This document shows positions 1 through 12,204 of a stretch of 32,662 nucleotides of DNA, piece after piece. The stretch's first letter is position 1; each line of letters opens with the position of its first letter. The DNA is from Nemertoderma westbladi (taxonomy: Eukaryota > Animalia > Xenacoelomorpha), in the NCBI GenBank assembly GCA_032718475.1, contig JAUCBJ010000219.1, positions 1-32,662 on the forward strand. Direction: 5' to 3'. A program made the position numbers and the translations under genes. The notes under the pieces are model-generated. The model had not been told where the DNA came from and made no database searches. It saw only the letters and a program-made list of their open reading frames with translations.

Positions 1-2111
1 AACTTTCTGGGCGCTACTAATTTTGCATATAAATACTTAGCGATATTATTCCTATTACCATACCTGATGTTTAGTGTGTCCCAAACTTGTCTTAATCCGT
101 CTGGATGTCCAATAAACTTTAACGCCATTAACTTGGGAGATCCTTCCAAGCACTCGATGAGGAATCTAAGTTTCTCTCCATTAGATAGCACAGAGTTCTG
201 TATGTTATCTTTGTAATATTCATTAAAAGGTAACCATTTCATCTCATCTCCATTGAACTTGACGATCTCTCCCACCTTTACCGCTTGTCGGGCTTCGGTT
301 CTAGCCATTTGGCGTGTAAAACTTTCTTGAGCCATCGTATTATTGAATAGAGAATTATCGGTATATAAGTTTCTCGGATTATTATCAAGTCTAGATGATA
401 TATCATTATCAACAGGTTTATAATTACCCTTAATAGGGTTTACTATAGGAGTTTCTATTTCGCTAGCAGTATAGATGCGTGTAGGCTCCACACCTTGCGC
501 ATGGGATACTTCAGACCTAACGGGTTGACACATTGTTACAGGGGGTGGTGGTATACCCTTTTGTAAATTTACTAATTTATCGCGTTCTAGCGCGATATTT
601 TGCTGCACTTCCTGCAACTCTAACCTACTCTCCTTTACGGTTCCCTTTAACTGTTGAACAGTCTCCTGCATCTGCCCGAGCAGGAGATCCATCCCCCGCC
701 GTCTCTCGTCCACCCATTCGACCGCCGAAGCGGGAGTCGCCAACGTTGTAGCGGGCGGACGAGGGACAACGGGCGACAAATCAGGAATATTTCGCTCGGG
801 GTCCAGAACCTGAACTGTCTCCTGGGCAGTTTTACGGGGCACAGGTAGCTTAGTGCTATGCAGAGGGAATTTAGAGGTAGTTTCAGGGAGCACAGGTGTG
901 TCTATCACCGAAGGGGTGATTTCGAGAACAGGCCTAATTATTTCAGGCTCATCTACTATAGTAGGGAGTCTTTCTATTTTAATTATTTGGTCTGTGGGCT
1001 CTGTACTACCTAAGTTGGTGTTATTTAGTTGCCTTCTAACAGCTGGAGGCAAATCAGGCAATTTCTGACGGTGGAATGTTCTTTTACGTCTACTTAAACG
1101 AGATCTATTTCCTTTGCCTTCAGTATCGGTGGTATCGCCTTCCTCAGATGATGTATATCCCTGTCGTTTGGGAGTAGATCGATTCATCATCTGCATATTA
1201 CTAGCTGTTAACTGTTTATTTATGCAGTCTTGATTCTCCTGAATGTTTTCCAATTCTAATTGGATGGTTTCTTCAGCCGCCCTCCGTTCTGCTTCTGCTA
1301 CTGCTATTTTTCTTTCCGCTTTGGCCGCAGCTGCCGCTTTTGCCTCTGCCGCTTCTGCCTCTGCCGCTGCCGCTTTTGCCTCTGCCGCTGCCTCTGCCGC
1401 TTTTCTATCCGCTTCTGCCGCTGCCGCTGCTGCTGTCTTTCTATCTTCTATCCGTTTTTTCTTTACTTGTTCTTCTTGGACTCGTGTGATGCGGAGTTGT
1501 TCATCAAATTTAGCCTGGTTCGCAGCCCTCATATCCACATCGATGGCATCCAACACAAGCTTGGTTCCTTCACTATTAGGGCTAAGTCCCTCTAACCTTC
1601 TCCTCAACTCGTCATCACCTAAAAAACGTTGATAGTCTGACAGATAGATGTCAATGGCATCCCTCTTATGCGGTTTCTCTGCTGTCACTTCGCTTTCTTC
1701 TTGAGAAGAAGTGGCGTCGGTTGATTCTTCATAGGTTGGCCGCTCATCATAAACCTTATCCGCCATCTTCGCTCCGCGTTCGGGCGTCCGCTCAACAGTA
1801 TCCGAACTACTGGAGCTATCGGGCCGTTGAAAAGTAAGTTCTTGGCTCGCGGGTTGTTGAGGTTCCGCTGCTTCTTGGTCCCGCTTGACCTGAGCTCGAG
1901 TGCCTATGATAGACCTACGATGTTGGACTAGCCTAGGGTCTGATATTACTACAGTAGGGATGGCCTTTCTTACAGCAGGAGGTGACTTCGACTTGGATCT
2001 AGGATGTTCTATACTTTGATCTTGGTCACAGATCTTTTTAAGGCACTGTCTAACAGTCATTCTAACACTTTCTATGAGACTATCTGACAGTGTTTGTTGT
2101 GAGTCAGACAT
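1..2111 (-). CDS. N-terminal part of a BEL/Pao LTR retrotransposon Gag(-Pol) ORF, running off the left edge; DUF1759-type Gag domain
   Basis: Absent from the ORF track because it has no stop in the window. Manual translation from ATG at 2111 gives MSDSQQTLSDSLIESVRMTVRQCLKK..., an Ala/Glu/Lys coiled-coil segment (about 1290-1440) and a Pro-rich spacer. In the same frame near 1-270 it reads IVKFNGDEMKWLPFNEYYKDNIQNSVLSNGEKLRFLIECLEGSPK...VWDTLNIRYG. This matches the BEL/Pao Gag pattern FxGdxxxWxxF...LsxxEKLxYL...L...W..L..RYG. Confidence 0.85.
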   Translation of the reverse strand, partial: MSDSQQTLSDSLIESVRMTVRQCLKKICDQDQSIEHPRSKSKSPPAVRKAIPTVVISDPRLVQHRRSIIGTRAQVKRDQEAAEPQQPASQELTFQRPDSSSSSDTVERTPERGAKMADKVYDERPTYEESTDATSSQEESEVTAEKPHKRDAIDIYLSDYQRFLGDDELRRRLEGLSPNSEGTKLVLDAIDVDMRAANQAKFDEQLRITRVQEEQVKKKRIEDRKTAAAAAAEADRKAAEAAAEAKAAAAEAEAAEAKAAAAAKAERKIAVAEAERRAAEETIQLELENIQENQDCINKQLTASNMQMMNRSTPKRQGYTSSEEGDTTDTEGKGNRSRLSRRKRTFHRQKLPDLPPAVRRQLNNTNLGSTEPTDQIIKIERLPTIVDEPEIIRPVLEITPSVIDTPVLPETTSKFPLHSTKLPVPRKTAQETVQVLDPERNIPDLSPVVPRPPATTLATPASAVEWVDERRRGMDLLLGQMQETVQQLKGTVKESRLELQEVQQNIALERDKLVNLQKGIPPPPVTMCQPVRSEVSHAQGVEPTRIYTASEIETPIVNPIKGNYKPVDNDISSRLDNNPRNLYTDNSLFNNTMAQESFTRQMARTEARQAVKVGEIVKFNGDEMKWLPFNEYYKDNIQNSVLSNGEKLRFLIECLEGSPKLMALKFIGHPDGLRQVWDTLNIRYGNRNNIAKYLYAKLVAPRK

Positions 2112-2239
2112 GTTTGATTGTACAGTTGAATGCCTACTGCTATATTACAGTTAAAGCAAGTCTAGTAATTCAGTATCACTGTTAGCCTAGTAATTAATTA
2201 CTGATACTGCTACTCAGTGTAGCGTGATATGTAATATAT

Positions 2240-2500
2240 TAGTATACCGGTATGCTTATAGTATATATAAGTATTATTACAGACTAGGTTTTTCACAGAA
2301 ACCGGTATATAATTTTAGCACAAATATATATAAATATATAATAGGCCTATCGTGAATACCGGTATGCAGTTTACACTTATAGTGTATATATATAAGTATA
2401 ATTACAGACTAGAATTAATTACAGAGTACCGGTATGATTTCAACCTAAAATTTATAGAAATAAATATAATAAGCCTATTATTGTAATACCGGTATGTCAA
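2240..2500. repeat. Degenerate tandem repeats with ACCGGTAT cores in the retroelement leader
   Basis: ACCGGTAT recurs near 2245, 2300, 2358, 2428 and 2488. The block TTATAGT..TATATAAGTAT..TTACAGACTAG occurs twice. Confidence 0.7.
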
Positions 2501-3891
2501 TTATTTTAAATAATCGAATTTCTGAATTTTAAGGGTTACTTGGTTACTTTAACTTACTTTATTACTGTTATTTAAGCAGTAGTCCAACTGATATTGAGAC
2601 CTAATTGTTATATGGCAGGCCTACTATTTATAAATCGTTTGAGTTGATTTATAATATATATATATACCCGTTTTAATGGGTTTTGTCAATGTTTGAAATA
2701 AATGTTATTATTTCTGGGGAGTAATCACTACGCAAAGCGGTGCGCTTTCAGTGAAGTGTTACTTATAGGACACTAAAACAAATAATTCTAATTTACCTAA
2801 GTTACTTAATACTACAAAGTACGTACAATTCGGGTGAGATTACAATCTCTAAATAAACACAAAAATTTACAAAAACACAAAATACGAAATTTTTTAGGGT
2901 ATTTTTACAAGAAGTCTACAAACCAGTCTAACAAAGGGTTAGAATCTGGTTATTACAACGGACAGGGTACTACGGTATTTGAAATAATAAGTAGTAGTAA
3001 GTACACTGCGTTGTCCAGATAGGAAAATACCACCGCCTGACGACCTATAGCCGTATCGCTATAGGTTCTACGTTATGTATCACGGAGTGTTCCTACCTAG
3101 AAGTTAATAGAGCTAATCGAACGTGCCTATCAACCACTTTACAACACAAATATAATGCCTACACTAATTACTTCGGAAAGTACTGTACACTAAACCCTAA
3201 ATTAGGTACGAGTACTTGTACAACATATAATCAGTAGTTAAATATACTTGAACAGTTAAAAGAACCACGGCATCTGCTGGAGTGACCGATGCACAAAATC
3301 ACCAGTCTTTACCTACGCCAAGCAGCCCGTGTAGTACCGGTGTTAATTTAACTATAGCGGTATGTATAACAAACACAATTACTGTAGGAACAAACTTGGG
3401 GAATGAATGTTGCGGATAATCGCATAAACTCTGAATAATAAATATTACGCTACGCGTACAAACTACTCAAACAAAATGCAGACCGAACACTGACAGACTA
3501 CTATCAAGCCTAAACAAACTACGGTATATGCAGACTCCGAAATAATTAGGTAGTATGCGTTCTAACCCAGTAGTACGACTTATTCTTTAGTTGGGGGTTT
3601 ACCTTACAGCATTCGCTGCCCCTACTTCCTAACCGTTCTTTATCGGACAGGTGATCTACACACACTGCAATCCGTTCAGACTTAACAGCAATCAGACAAC
3701 AGCTCAGCCTACAAATTGTCTGTACAATCTGATCAGGCTTACACGTCTTCTGTTCAATACTGGCCTACAAATAAATAAAACTGACAGAAATAGGCCTAAG
3801 TAAAATCCCAATAAAAACCAGGCGTCCCCGATTAATTATTAAGACCTACCGGCATATATAATCAAATCGAATAATACTGCTGTACTTATAC

Positions 3892-4007
3892 GGAAGTACC
3901 GGTTAGGACAGTTAGGCCTACGGACCTACAGAAGTACCGGTTCTGGCAGTTGGACCTACGGGCCTACGGCAGTACCGGTTCTGGCAGTTGGGCCTACTGA
4001 CCTACAG
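3892..4007. repeat. 38-bp tandem repeat, 3 copies
   Basis: AGTACCGGTT...CAGTT.G.CCTAC.G.CCTAC starts at 3895, 3933 and 3971. Confidence 0.85.
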
Positions 4008-5797
4008 ATGGACCGTTCAGGTTTACCGGTTGACCGGTACTTTCAACTTTATTGCTTACTGCAATAAAGAAGCTATATCCGTTATTGTTCGCGCTTTCAG
4101 ACCTATGGCAGTTTAACCCGCCAAATTAGGATGTCTTCTAGATAATAAATCACCTTTAGTCTATGACAAGTATTTAATTCACTACACTAGTCGAAACCAA
4201 TCTGTGCGCGATCATTCACCCGCTGGATATACCCGGGAGATTGAGTTCGACGGCTTAATTTTATTGCTATGTAAGCCTAATGTATTATTCGACTGACAGT
4301 ATTATATAATCTCTGACAATATTATTCACCTTCGGGAAATATTAACAGTTCCTTTAGGACGTGGCGCTCTATCTATACAAACAGAGTTATGACTTAAACT
4401 ACTCACAACGATATGGCTTAGTTACAATTCACATATATGGCGCATTCTTTAGGAAATGCTTCGTTATCAGTCTCACTCATACACAATGCTGCACAATACT
4501 GCACACTGATCTGCCGATCTTCACTGATTTTAGTCACATATAAAAGGAACACGGACCGAATCATGTAGGGTCTATCAAATAACATTAGATTCACTTCAAA
4601 CCACTCAACATAGGTCGCAATCATTTATCTGTAACCATTCTCTCTTACCTTCGGTATATCAAGAATATTGGGTTTTCGGGGTTATTTGTCGTTATTCCAA
4701 ATATAATAATTCATCAACCATATTATGAAGAACTGACAGTAAATAGCAGTATAACAATATAAAAGTATGCACAGTGTTACACAGTATGCAGTGTATGCAG
4801 TATGCAGATAACGGATATATGTCCTTATAATTAAGCCTACTAGTGTAGGACTAAAAACTGAAAACACGGAGGTGCCAAAAGCCGGTTCTTAGGCTCTGGG
4901 CAAAACATAACACTGAACTACTGAGTTTCTGTATACACCTCCAACACAGAGACAACAAACGCTCTGATTGGTCAACCTGAACAACGAGAGAACAAAGAAA
5001 CAAAGAAACGTCGACGTGGCAATATCAGCTGCTAGCCGTCGTCATGGTAGCGACACTGTTTTCAAGAGTATCGAGCTTTTACGTCACGGAATTACGGATT
5101 ATGTCCTCTAAAGTACAAATACAGAAGAAATAGCTTTTATGTCCGCTAAAACACCAGTACAGCAAGGACACGGTCTTTTTATGCCTGGTAAACCAACTAC
5201 AGAGTATTTTACGGGAAAAATAAGGAAAAATAACCGGACAATTCAGCAAAAGCTTTTACAGAATGATTAATTTAGTGCAGGGAGATGTCGCACCATTAGT
5301 CTGACACCGAGAGGGCACATAGAAACACCAGAAGATGCCTAAACATCACTAACTATAGGCCTGCCTACTAGACACTATTAACCGCACACTATAAAGGTAA
5401 ACAAAATCCTTATCGCATTTCCAGCTGCAGCGAGTGACAGTTCGCGGCAAACTACAGAGAGTTTCCAGATTACTAAGCATTTCTAAAGTATTCAATTGTA
5501 TCCTTTGGCGAAAAAATTTTGGTTGTTGCCAATTCAATTCTGTTCAATTATGTTCAATTGTCCCGTTCAACAACATTACATTACACTGGTACACATTTGA
5601 TAAAATGTGTTCACAATTGTACAAATCTACGTTTTCTGGTGGCCTGTACTGTAATTCCATCCAATTAATCCATCTAATTCCTGCAAAATAAACTAAATAA
5701 ATTTTAGTTTGAAAAGGTTTTCTTCCGTATATTTATTAAATACCAAACCTTATACTAACTACAGTATGTAGCACAAATACTGGATGTTCAATATTGA

Positions 5798-5925
5798 TGT
5801 TCTAGAACATATTTATTTTGTTCTAGAACATTTTATTTAAACTAACTAGTTGTCGCTACTTTTTAATCTCCTAGAACAAGTTCGTTATCAATTAAGGTTC
5901 TAGAACACTTTGTTTTACTGGAACA
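5798..5925. promoter_or_regulatory. Cluster of GTTCTAGAAC palindromes (heat-shock-element-like nTTCnnGAAn)
   Basis: TGTTCTAGAACA at 5798 and 5819, GTTCTAGAAC at 5897, and partial copies near 5870 and 5918. The cluster is 190-320 bp upstream of the WD40 exon ATG. Confidence 0.4.
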
Positions 5926-6113
5926 TTAAAAATAAATTAAATATTATATTGATCGTTTATACAAACCGAATAAATAAAAACAGCTAGTAAATAATTACTG
6001 GCTACGCTGACTATCTAATAACAATTACTAGCGCTGTAATACTTATTAGTAGTTTAGCAATTTAGCGGCAATTTACTTTATTTTATCTTTTAGATTCAAT
6101 AATCCCCCTAACA

Positions 6114-6969
6114 ATGGCGCCGATCCGGGAACTAAAAATGATCCCGGGTACCGAGGAGGTTGTCTTTGTGTCTCTCAACCTCCCCTGTATCATAAACTCA
6201 ACAACTCTCTACGAAAAGGAAGATCTACCGGGATCCGGAGGTTCTAACGGTTACGGGACAGTCGCGGTTTCTACGGACGGGAACCGCGTTGCCTCGGGAA
6301 CCTGGGCGGGGGGGTCGGTGACTGTCTGGGAGCGGGAAGCGACCGGTTGGAGGGTCGTAGTGGAGGTACCGTGGAGGGAGTTCGTGGTTGGTGGGGGGGA
6401 GGGTAGAGCGAGGTTGGGAATAGATATAAATCCCTCCAACCGGGACGTAATTGCAACTTGTGGGGACGACGGGAGGATTTCTATTATATCAATAGCTGGG
6501 GGGAAATATAAGGTTACGAACTGGGTGGGGCATTCTGGGGTGGTTAACTGTATTCGGTTCGACTCGAACGGGTCCCGGTTGGCCAGCTGTTCGGATGATG
6601 GAACAGTAACAGTTTGGGTGACCGGAACCCGGGAGATGTTGTTGTTGTACCAATACCGGGGGCACAGTGGGGGGGTCTGGAGTCTGGGTTGGGGTCCGGA
6701 TGGGGAGTCAGTGGTGTCGGTAGATGAGGTAGGAGGGATCCATCGCTTTGTTGTTGGTACAGGGGAGACCTTGTGGAGACAGGAAGCAACTCCTGAGGTC
6801 AATAGGATCGTATTGAGTCCGAAAGGATCCAGAATCGCTGCTGTTGGGGTGAACGGGTTGATTTATATTCTAAATTCTGTAACTGGGGAGATTATCAACC
6901 GGATTGAAGGAACAGGGAGCGGCATCGAAGCGGTGGATTTCTGTAAAGATGACCGGCATATTATTACAG
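6114..6969 (+). CDS. First coding exon of a WD40-Roc-COR-CARD (ROCO) gene: WD40 beta-propeller
   Basis: WD40 repeats include GHSGVVNCIRFDSNGSRLASCSDDGTVTVW, GHSGGVWSLGWGPDGESVVS, VNRIVLSPKGSRIAAVG and IEAVDFCKDDRHIITG. Acceptor TTTTATCTTTTAG ends at 6093. Donor CAG|GTAATT is at 6970, phase 1. Confidence 0.9.
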
Positions 6970-7304
6970 GTAATTAATTAATAGACCTCTTTTATTAAAA
7001 CACGTTAATTAATTAATTAGGCCTAGGGTCTAATTCAGTACCGTACCACTACGTACCATAGTAAGTAATAATCATTATAACACTTAAATGAATTAATTAC
7101 ATTAATTATTATTATTTAATTCAATTTTATTGAATTAATAATTTACTTACCGATATGATGCGGATTAACTGAACATTACCTTCACTGCCTCCTGCCAATA
7201 TTGGGTACCATGGGAACGAAATATAAATTAGTCTAATAGGGGTATCAGAACATAGACCATTACAACATAGTCCCTGTCCAGGTTGGAATTTATGTAGAGT
7301 TTGC

Positions 7305-8135
7305 TCAACATGTGTGGCGCGGATTAAGGATCCTGGCGCGTAGTGACAGGGGCGTGTGGCGCGCATTGAGGATCCTGGCGGTCCTGGCGCGAATATGGAT
7401 GTAGGGTTAGGGTAGGATGTAAGCGTAGCAGCGGTGCACTGGCAACACATCCCACTATACAGCTCTATTTGAAATTATTCCATAGGTTTAAAAAGATTGA
7501 AAAATTTCCGCTCGCTTTGCTCCTCGCGTTTATACTGTAAGCCTACTCTTAGCATAGCACTGTCTGCAGACTGCAGGTCTGGCTGTGGACAAACGGACAG
7601 ATTGAGCATGACCATTCTGCCATTAAAAACATGATTTGTTTCAAAAGTGTTTCAATTGTCAGTTTCTTGAAACCAATAAAACCATGATTCAGCAGAATTT
7701 CCGTGCTCGCTACGCTCGCAATTTAATAACATCTGTATTTGAAAACAGTCGGTTTGTCTACTCTAAATGGTGAAATGTTAAAATTTTCGCGTTCGCTACG
7801 CTCGCAACACGCAATTTCATCACATCTGCTTTTAAAAACAGTCAGTTGACGTTGACCTACTATTTACAACTACTACTACAGTACGGTACTGTCAGACTGT
7901 ATTTATGTTAACATTATTAGAAAATTTCCTTGCTCGCTACGCTCGCATTTTATTGTTAAAATACTGTAGGGCTACAGCATTATAAACTGATAAATTATTG
8001 CAATTCAGCAATTACTGCAAAATTTCATAGTCAACTGTTGGCTTGGCGCGCATTGGATATCATGGCTGGCGCGATTTTCGTTTAACCAGAACGCGTGTGG
8101 CGCGCTTTTTGTCAGTATTCCATATAGGGTCCCTG
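7305..8135. repeat. Probable non-autonomous interspersed repeat with internal AAATTT.C..GCTCGCTACGCTCGCA motifs
   Basis: Motif copies occur near 7501, 7696, 7780 and 7921. GTGTGGCGCG occurs at both ends (about 7312, 7354 and 8095). No clean TSD was found. Confidence 0.45.
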
Positions 8136-8299
8136 TAGTCGGATAGATTTAGGTGCGGTTTGGTTCCGGTAAATGTAACATTAAAATAAACTAATAAACC
8201 AGCAATTAGCTTAATAATAGTATGTATTCAGTTATCTGTTAGGTTGTTTGTTATTGGTTTGTATCAATGGCGTTTTAACCAACTGGTAGTTCTACTTAA

Positions 8300-9852
8300 C
8301 CCTATTAAACCCGGGGGGGGGGTCAATATGACCCCTCCCGTGGTTTTTTTATTATAAATCTGAAACAAACGCAGTTGGGAATCTGAAATTTTATGACTTT
8401 TCCTAAAAATCTATTGTCTTCCTAGTAGTGAAAACCGTTTTCAAAAATATTGGGTACTTTTCGAGTTATAGCACCATTTTTTAACCCTACTTTTGGCACT
8501 TTTTTTGAGACGTTTTTTGAAAATTACATTTCATTAAATATGAATTGTAACATCTCTATTTATTATTTACACCGGTTTTTTGGTGTTAGAAATTTGATGG
8601 AATTCATATAAATTGATTTAGAAATTTCAAACTTGTTTTTTTCGGTGGGTGCCAAATTTTGGTGCCAGCACCAAATTTTGAAATAAGTCAATTTTGTAAA
8701 TTGATCGTTTGAAACTTGTTTTTTACGCAATTGGGTTTTTTTGGGTTTCTAGATTCGATGAAATATATACGAGTTGCACCAAGCGTATCAAACTTGTATT
8801 TTTCGGTGCTGTGTGCAAATTTTGGTGCAAGCACGAAATTTTGAAAATCCATTCAATAGATAAAATTGCTTGTGACAACTTATTTCTTGAGTTTTAGAGG
8901 TTTATGGCTGTTCTGAATTCAATGGAAAATATAATTATCGAACTAGACATCTCAAACTTGTATTTTTCGGATGTGGGTGCAAAATGTGGTGCTAGCACCA
9001 AATTTTGAAAACCATCAAATATATCAATTGATTGTGTCACCTTGTTTCTTGCGTTATATGGGTTTGTGATGGTTCTGAATTCAATGGAATCAGTAAAAAT
9101 TTCATAAGTGTTCTCAAAATGGTATTTTTCGCCGGTGGGTGAAAATTGTTGTGCCAGCACCAAATTTTGGAAAATATGCAAATTGATAAGTAGATAGTAT
9201 CACCTTGTTTCTTGCGTTATACGGGTTTATGAGGGTCCTGAATCCGATGGAATCAATAAAAACAGCACTGGACATCGCAAACTTGTACTTTTTGGTGATG
9301 GGTACGAAATTTGGTGCTAGCACCAAAATTTGCCAAAAAACGCCGAAAAATACAAGTAGCAATGATCTGGCATATTAGAAATGTATTCCATTAGAATCAG
9401 CGCCCTCGAAAACCTGAAAATGTGAATTTATAGCATCGTATAAGTGAATTAAAAATTTTGTGTTCTAACTGAAAAGTGCTGGTTACTTGTTTTTTTCATT
9501 TTTTTCCTATGCAGAGAGGACTAAACAGCCATTTATAGTAATCATATCATTTTTTAATATTTTCCAATGTATTTTGCACCCCAGAAAACCTGTATTGAAA
9601 AATAATTAGCCGAAAATGTAACTTTCAAATTTGGTGAAAATTGTGCACTACTTGTAATTTTGGTGCTGCAATATAACCACCCCAGTACATTTTTTTCGAA
9701 ATTTTTTTTTTCGGTCGGATCCAGACAAGTGATACCTACGTACAAACAAAAAATCAGACGTTTTCGTAATTATTTGTAGATTTTAGAGGGGGGGGTCAAT
9801 ATGACCCCCTCCCGGTATTTGTACAACATTTTATAGCCCGGTACTAATAGGG
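8300..9852. mobile_element. Non-autonomous piggyBac-like DNA transposon (MITE-like, 1553 bp)
   Basis: TTAA target duplication at 8296-8299 and 9853-9856. Terminal inverted repeats are CCCTATTAAACCCGGG and CCCGGTACTAATAGGG (13/16 match). Subterminal palindromes GGGGTCAATATGACCCC lie near both ends. There is no transposase ORF. Confidence 0.85.
8625..9335. repeat. About 162-bp tandem repeat, about 5 copies, inside the piggyBac-like element
   Basis: CAAACTTGTATTTTTCGG...AAATTTTGGTGCTAGCACCAAATTTT recurs near 8628, 8789, 8953, 9115 and 9278. Confidence 0.8.
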
Positions 9853-10139
9853 TTAAATACAAACTATAATGGTGCCAATAGGCCTACCGGTACTGCAATG
9901 CAGTAAAGTAACTGTACAGAGAATACAACCGGTACTGTATTATAAAAACTTTCATTATTAGGTCTGCCATACAGTCTCATTACTTAGGCATACAACAAAG
10001 GCTTATTATAATATATACCACCTTGCTCGCCATAGATAGTTAGTTAGGTAGCGCCTGGATAGCTATATATTTCAAATTATTTCTAATTATGTCACAAATT
10101 AAATATCACAAATTCAATATCCAGTATGTTACAGGAAAA

Positions 10140-10830
10140 CGTAGAAAATCAAAATAATATCAAAATAATATTAATCAAAATCAAATCAAAATCATTTAAA
10201 CAATTCTAGTAATTCGTAAATATATGCACAGAGGGTATGAGAGTCACCTTTAAAAAGAGTATTCAAGCGCCCCGCAAAATCGAGAGTCTGGTATTTTAAA
10301 CATAAATCTTTTGAGAGTGGGCACACACATAAAACGTGCAACTCATCTTGTACAGAGGTGTTGTCACAGATACAAGTTCTGTCCAATCGTGGTATCCTGG
10401 ACCACCGGCCGGTTTCTATACGCAGTCTATGACTCATTAATCTGACTCGGGTAAAAGCAGCGCGGTGATATTCCGGAATATACGGTTTGGCAGATTTGTA
10501 TATCGGGTGTACAGACAAGTCGCTATTTAAAACAGAACGGTATGTAAAAAACTTTGTAGCGGATTCTGGTTTGTTTATAACACGGGATTTTATTATACTG
10601 GTAGTGAATAAATTGAACGAGGCTTTATACAACAAATTCTAACCCGGGCTATTTGCCGATTTGCAAAGTTGGAATGCCTGATTAATCGGTGTATCGGGAT
10701 CGCTATGAAGTATTTTCATGTAAAATTGCTTCCTACATTTAATTATACGTTCTAGAATGGTTGGTAGCTCTAATTCGATCAGACAGATGTCGGTAGGAGT
10801 TTGATATCTAACACCTGCTAATGTTTGTAA
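10140..10830 (-). mobile_element. 5'-truncated non-LTR retrotransposon 3' end (RTEX/L2-type ORF2 C-terminus), degenerate
   Basis: GVRYQTPTDICLIE...FTRVRLMSHRLRIETGRWSRIPRLDRTCICDNTSVQDELHVLCVCP gives a CCHC-like C-terminal motif. There is an in-frame stop at 10639-10641 and an (ATTTTG)n-like tail near 10140-10192. Confidence 0.8.
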
Positions 10831-11894
10831 AATGTCCACTTTTTGGAGGACGTTTTTGTTTTTAGTTGTAGTCCAATACAAAATGCCGGCTAATATTTTT
10901 TATTGTTTGTTCCAAATTCATTAACATACTAATCATAAATACGCTGCCTAAAACTGGTCTACTTGGGGTAAAAAGCTTCCAGTTTCAGGCATAATTAATA
11001 CACCTACGACTGCACCGGTACCAGATTTGCCTACATAATGTAGTACGCATATAGATTACATCAGTATGTATTATAATAAATGTTTACTAGTTGTGTGTGA
11101 CAGGTGTAATGTGTCTTATCGGTCTGGTCACCTAATGTTTTCTATTATTATTTGATCATAAATTCAAATTGTATTGGGTGGGGGGTAGGACCGGTTTTTT
11201 TTCAAATTGTTTTTAAACTGCATTAGTTTATTTTAAGCAATACACCCATATTTGTCACCCATATAAAAACATTACAATCTTCTGGTTTACGAATATGGCG
11301 ACGAAATGCTCGAGAAACTACTCAAACGATCACAATTTGAATAAAAGTGGATGGGAGTAGTGTGGATCAAATGTGTCTACGTCAGAATACTTCAATTTTA
11401 ACCGCCAAAGAAACGTATTGTGTTGGATCAAATGGGTGGATTGAAGTACAGACAATTTTTATTCGAACCATCCCAGCATATATAACATCTCCACCTTTTG
11501 GAAACAAACTATTTCATGCAAAAAATTAAAAAAAAAAACTAAAAAATGGGTCAATAGATGTAAAGTTTTCAATGATTACTGGCTACGGCTTGTTTAAACA
11601 TTGAATTAGCAGTAAATATCGCACATTATCCTGCCCAGCATCAGTGCAGTAAAGGTAGGTCTACTACACCAATGCCAGGGATACTCCATTCAATATATTA
11701 ATTATCTACGGTAGTTCTGTAGTTAATTAGTAATGCTGTAAGCGGTATACGGAAACGTAGGATAATATGATAGAGCTAGACCCAGCTTCTACAACCAATA
11801 TCACGGCCTTCCCCCATCTGGGCACCTTTCATTCACCTACAAATTGTAATATTACCAGCTTCCCTGCAAGATACCACTGTCCATGTCCAATAAG

Positions 11895-12079
11895 GGAGCT
11901 CCCTATTCAAATACATCCCTTCCTTCTCATTGGAGCTTCCTATGCAAATACATCCCTTCCTTCTCATTGGAGCTTCCTATTCAAATACATCCCTTCCTTC
12001 TCATTGGAGCTTCCTATGCAAATACATCCCTTCCTTCTCATTGGAGCTTCCTATGCAAACACATCCATTCCTTCTCATT
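11895..12079. repeat. 37-bp minisatellite, 5 copies
   Basis: GGAGCTTCCTATGCAAATACATCCCTTCCTTCTCATT starts at 11895, 11932, 11969, 12006 and 12043. Confidence 0.95.
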
Positions 12080-12204
12080 GTATTAACCTTTACAGTTAAT
12101 AACAAGGAATATTTCTGTATCCAATAACTATATGAGATAACAGTGACAGTAAACGTTTATTGATCAGTTTGTAACAAGTCAATATCAATATTAAATCGCA
12201 TCAG

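Larger units (their letters stand above)
1..5345 (-). mobile_element. BEL/Pao LTR retrotransposon 5' portion (gag, long leader and putative 5' LTR)
   Basis: Gag ORF with a long non-coding leader containing tandem repeats. A possible LTR start TGTTTAGGC lies on the - strand at 5345. No convincing PBS was found and the second LTR is outside the window, so the right boundary is tentative. Confidence 0.45.

Noticed and set aside
533-1632. + strand ORFs, including the Ala-rich and Cys/Arg-rich ones
   Set aside because: They are antisense shadows of the BEL/Pao gag ORF.
3284-3296. tRNA-Gly-like primer binding site (CCGATGCAC)
   Set aside because: Only about 9 nt match, it lacks the CCA end, and there is no adjacent LTR terminus.
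6251-6802. - strand Thr/Pro-rich ORFs
   Set aside because: They are antisense of the WD40 exon.
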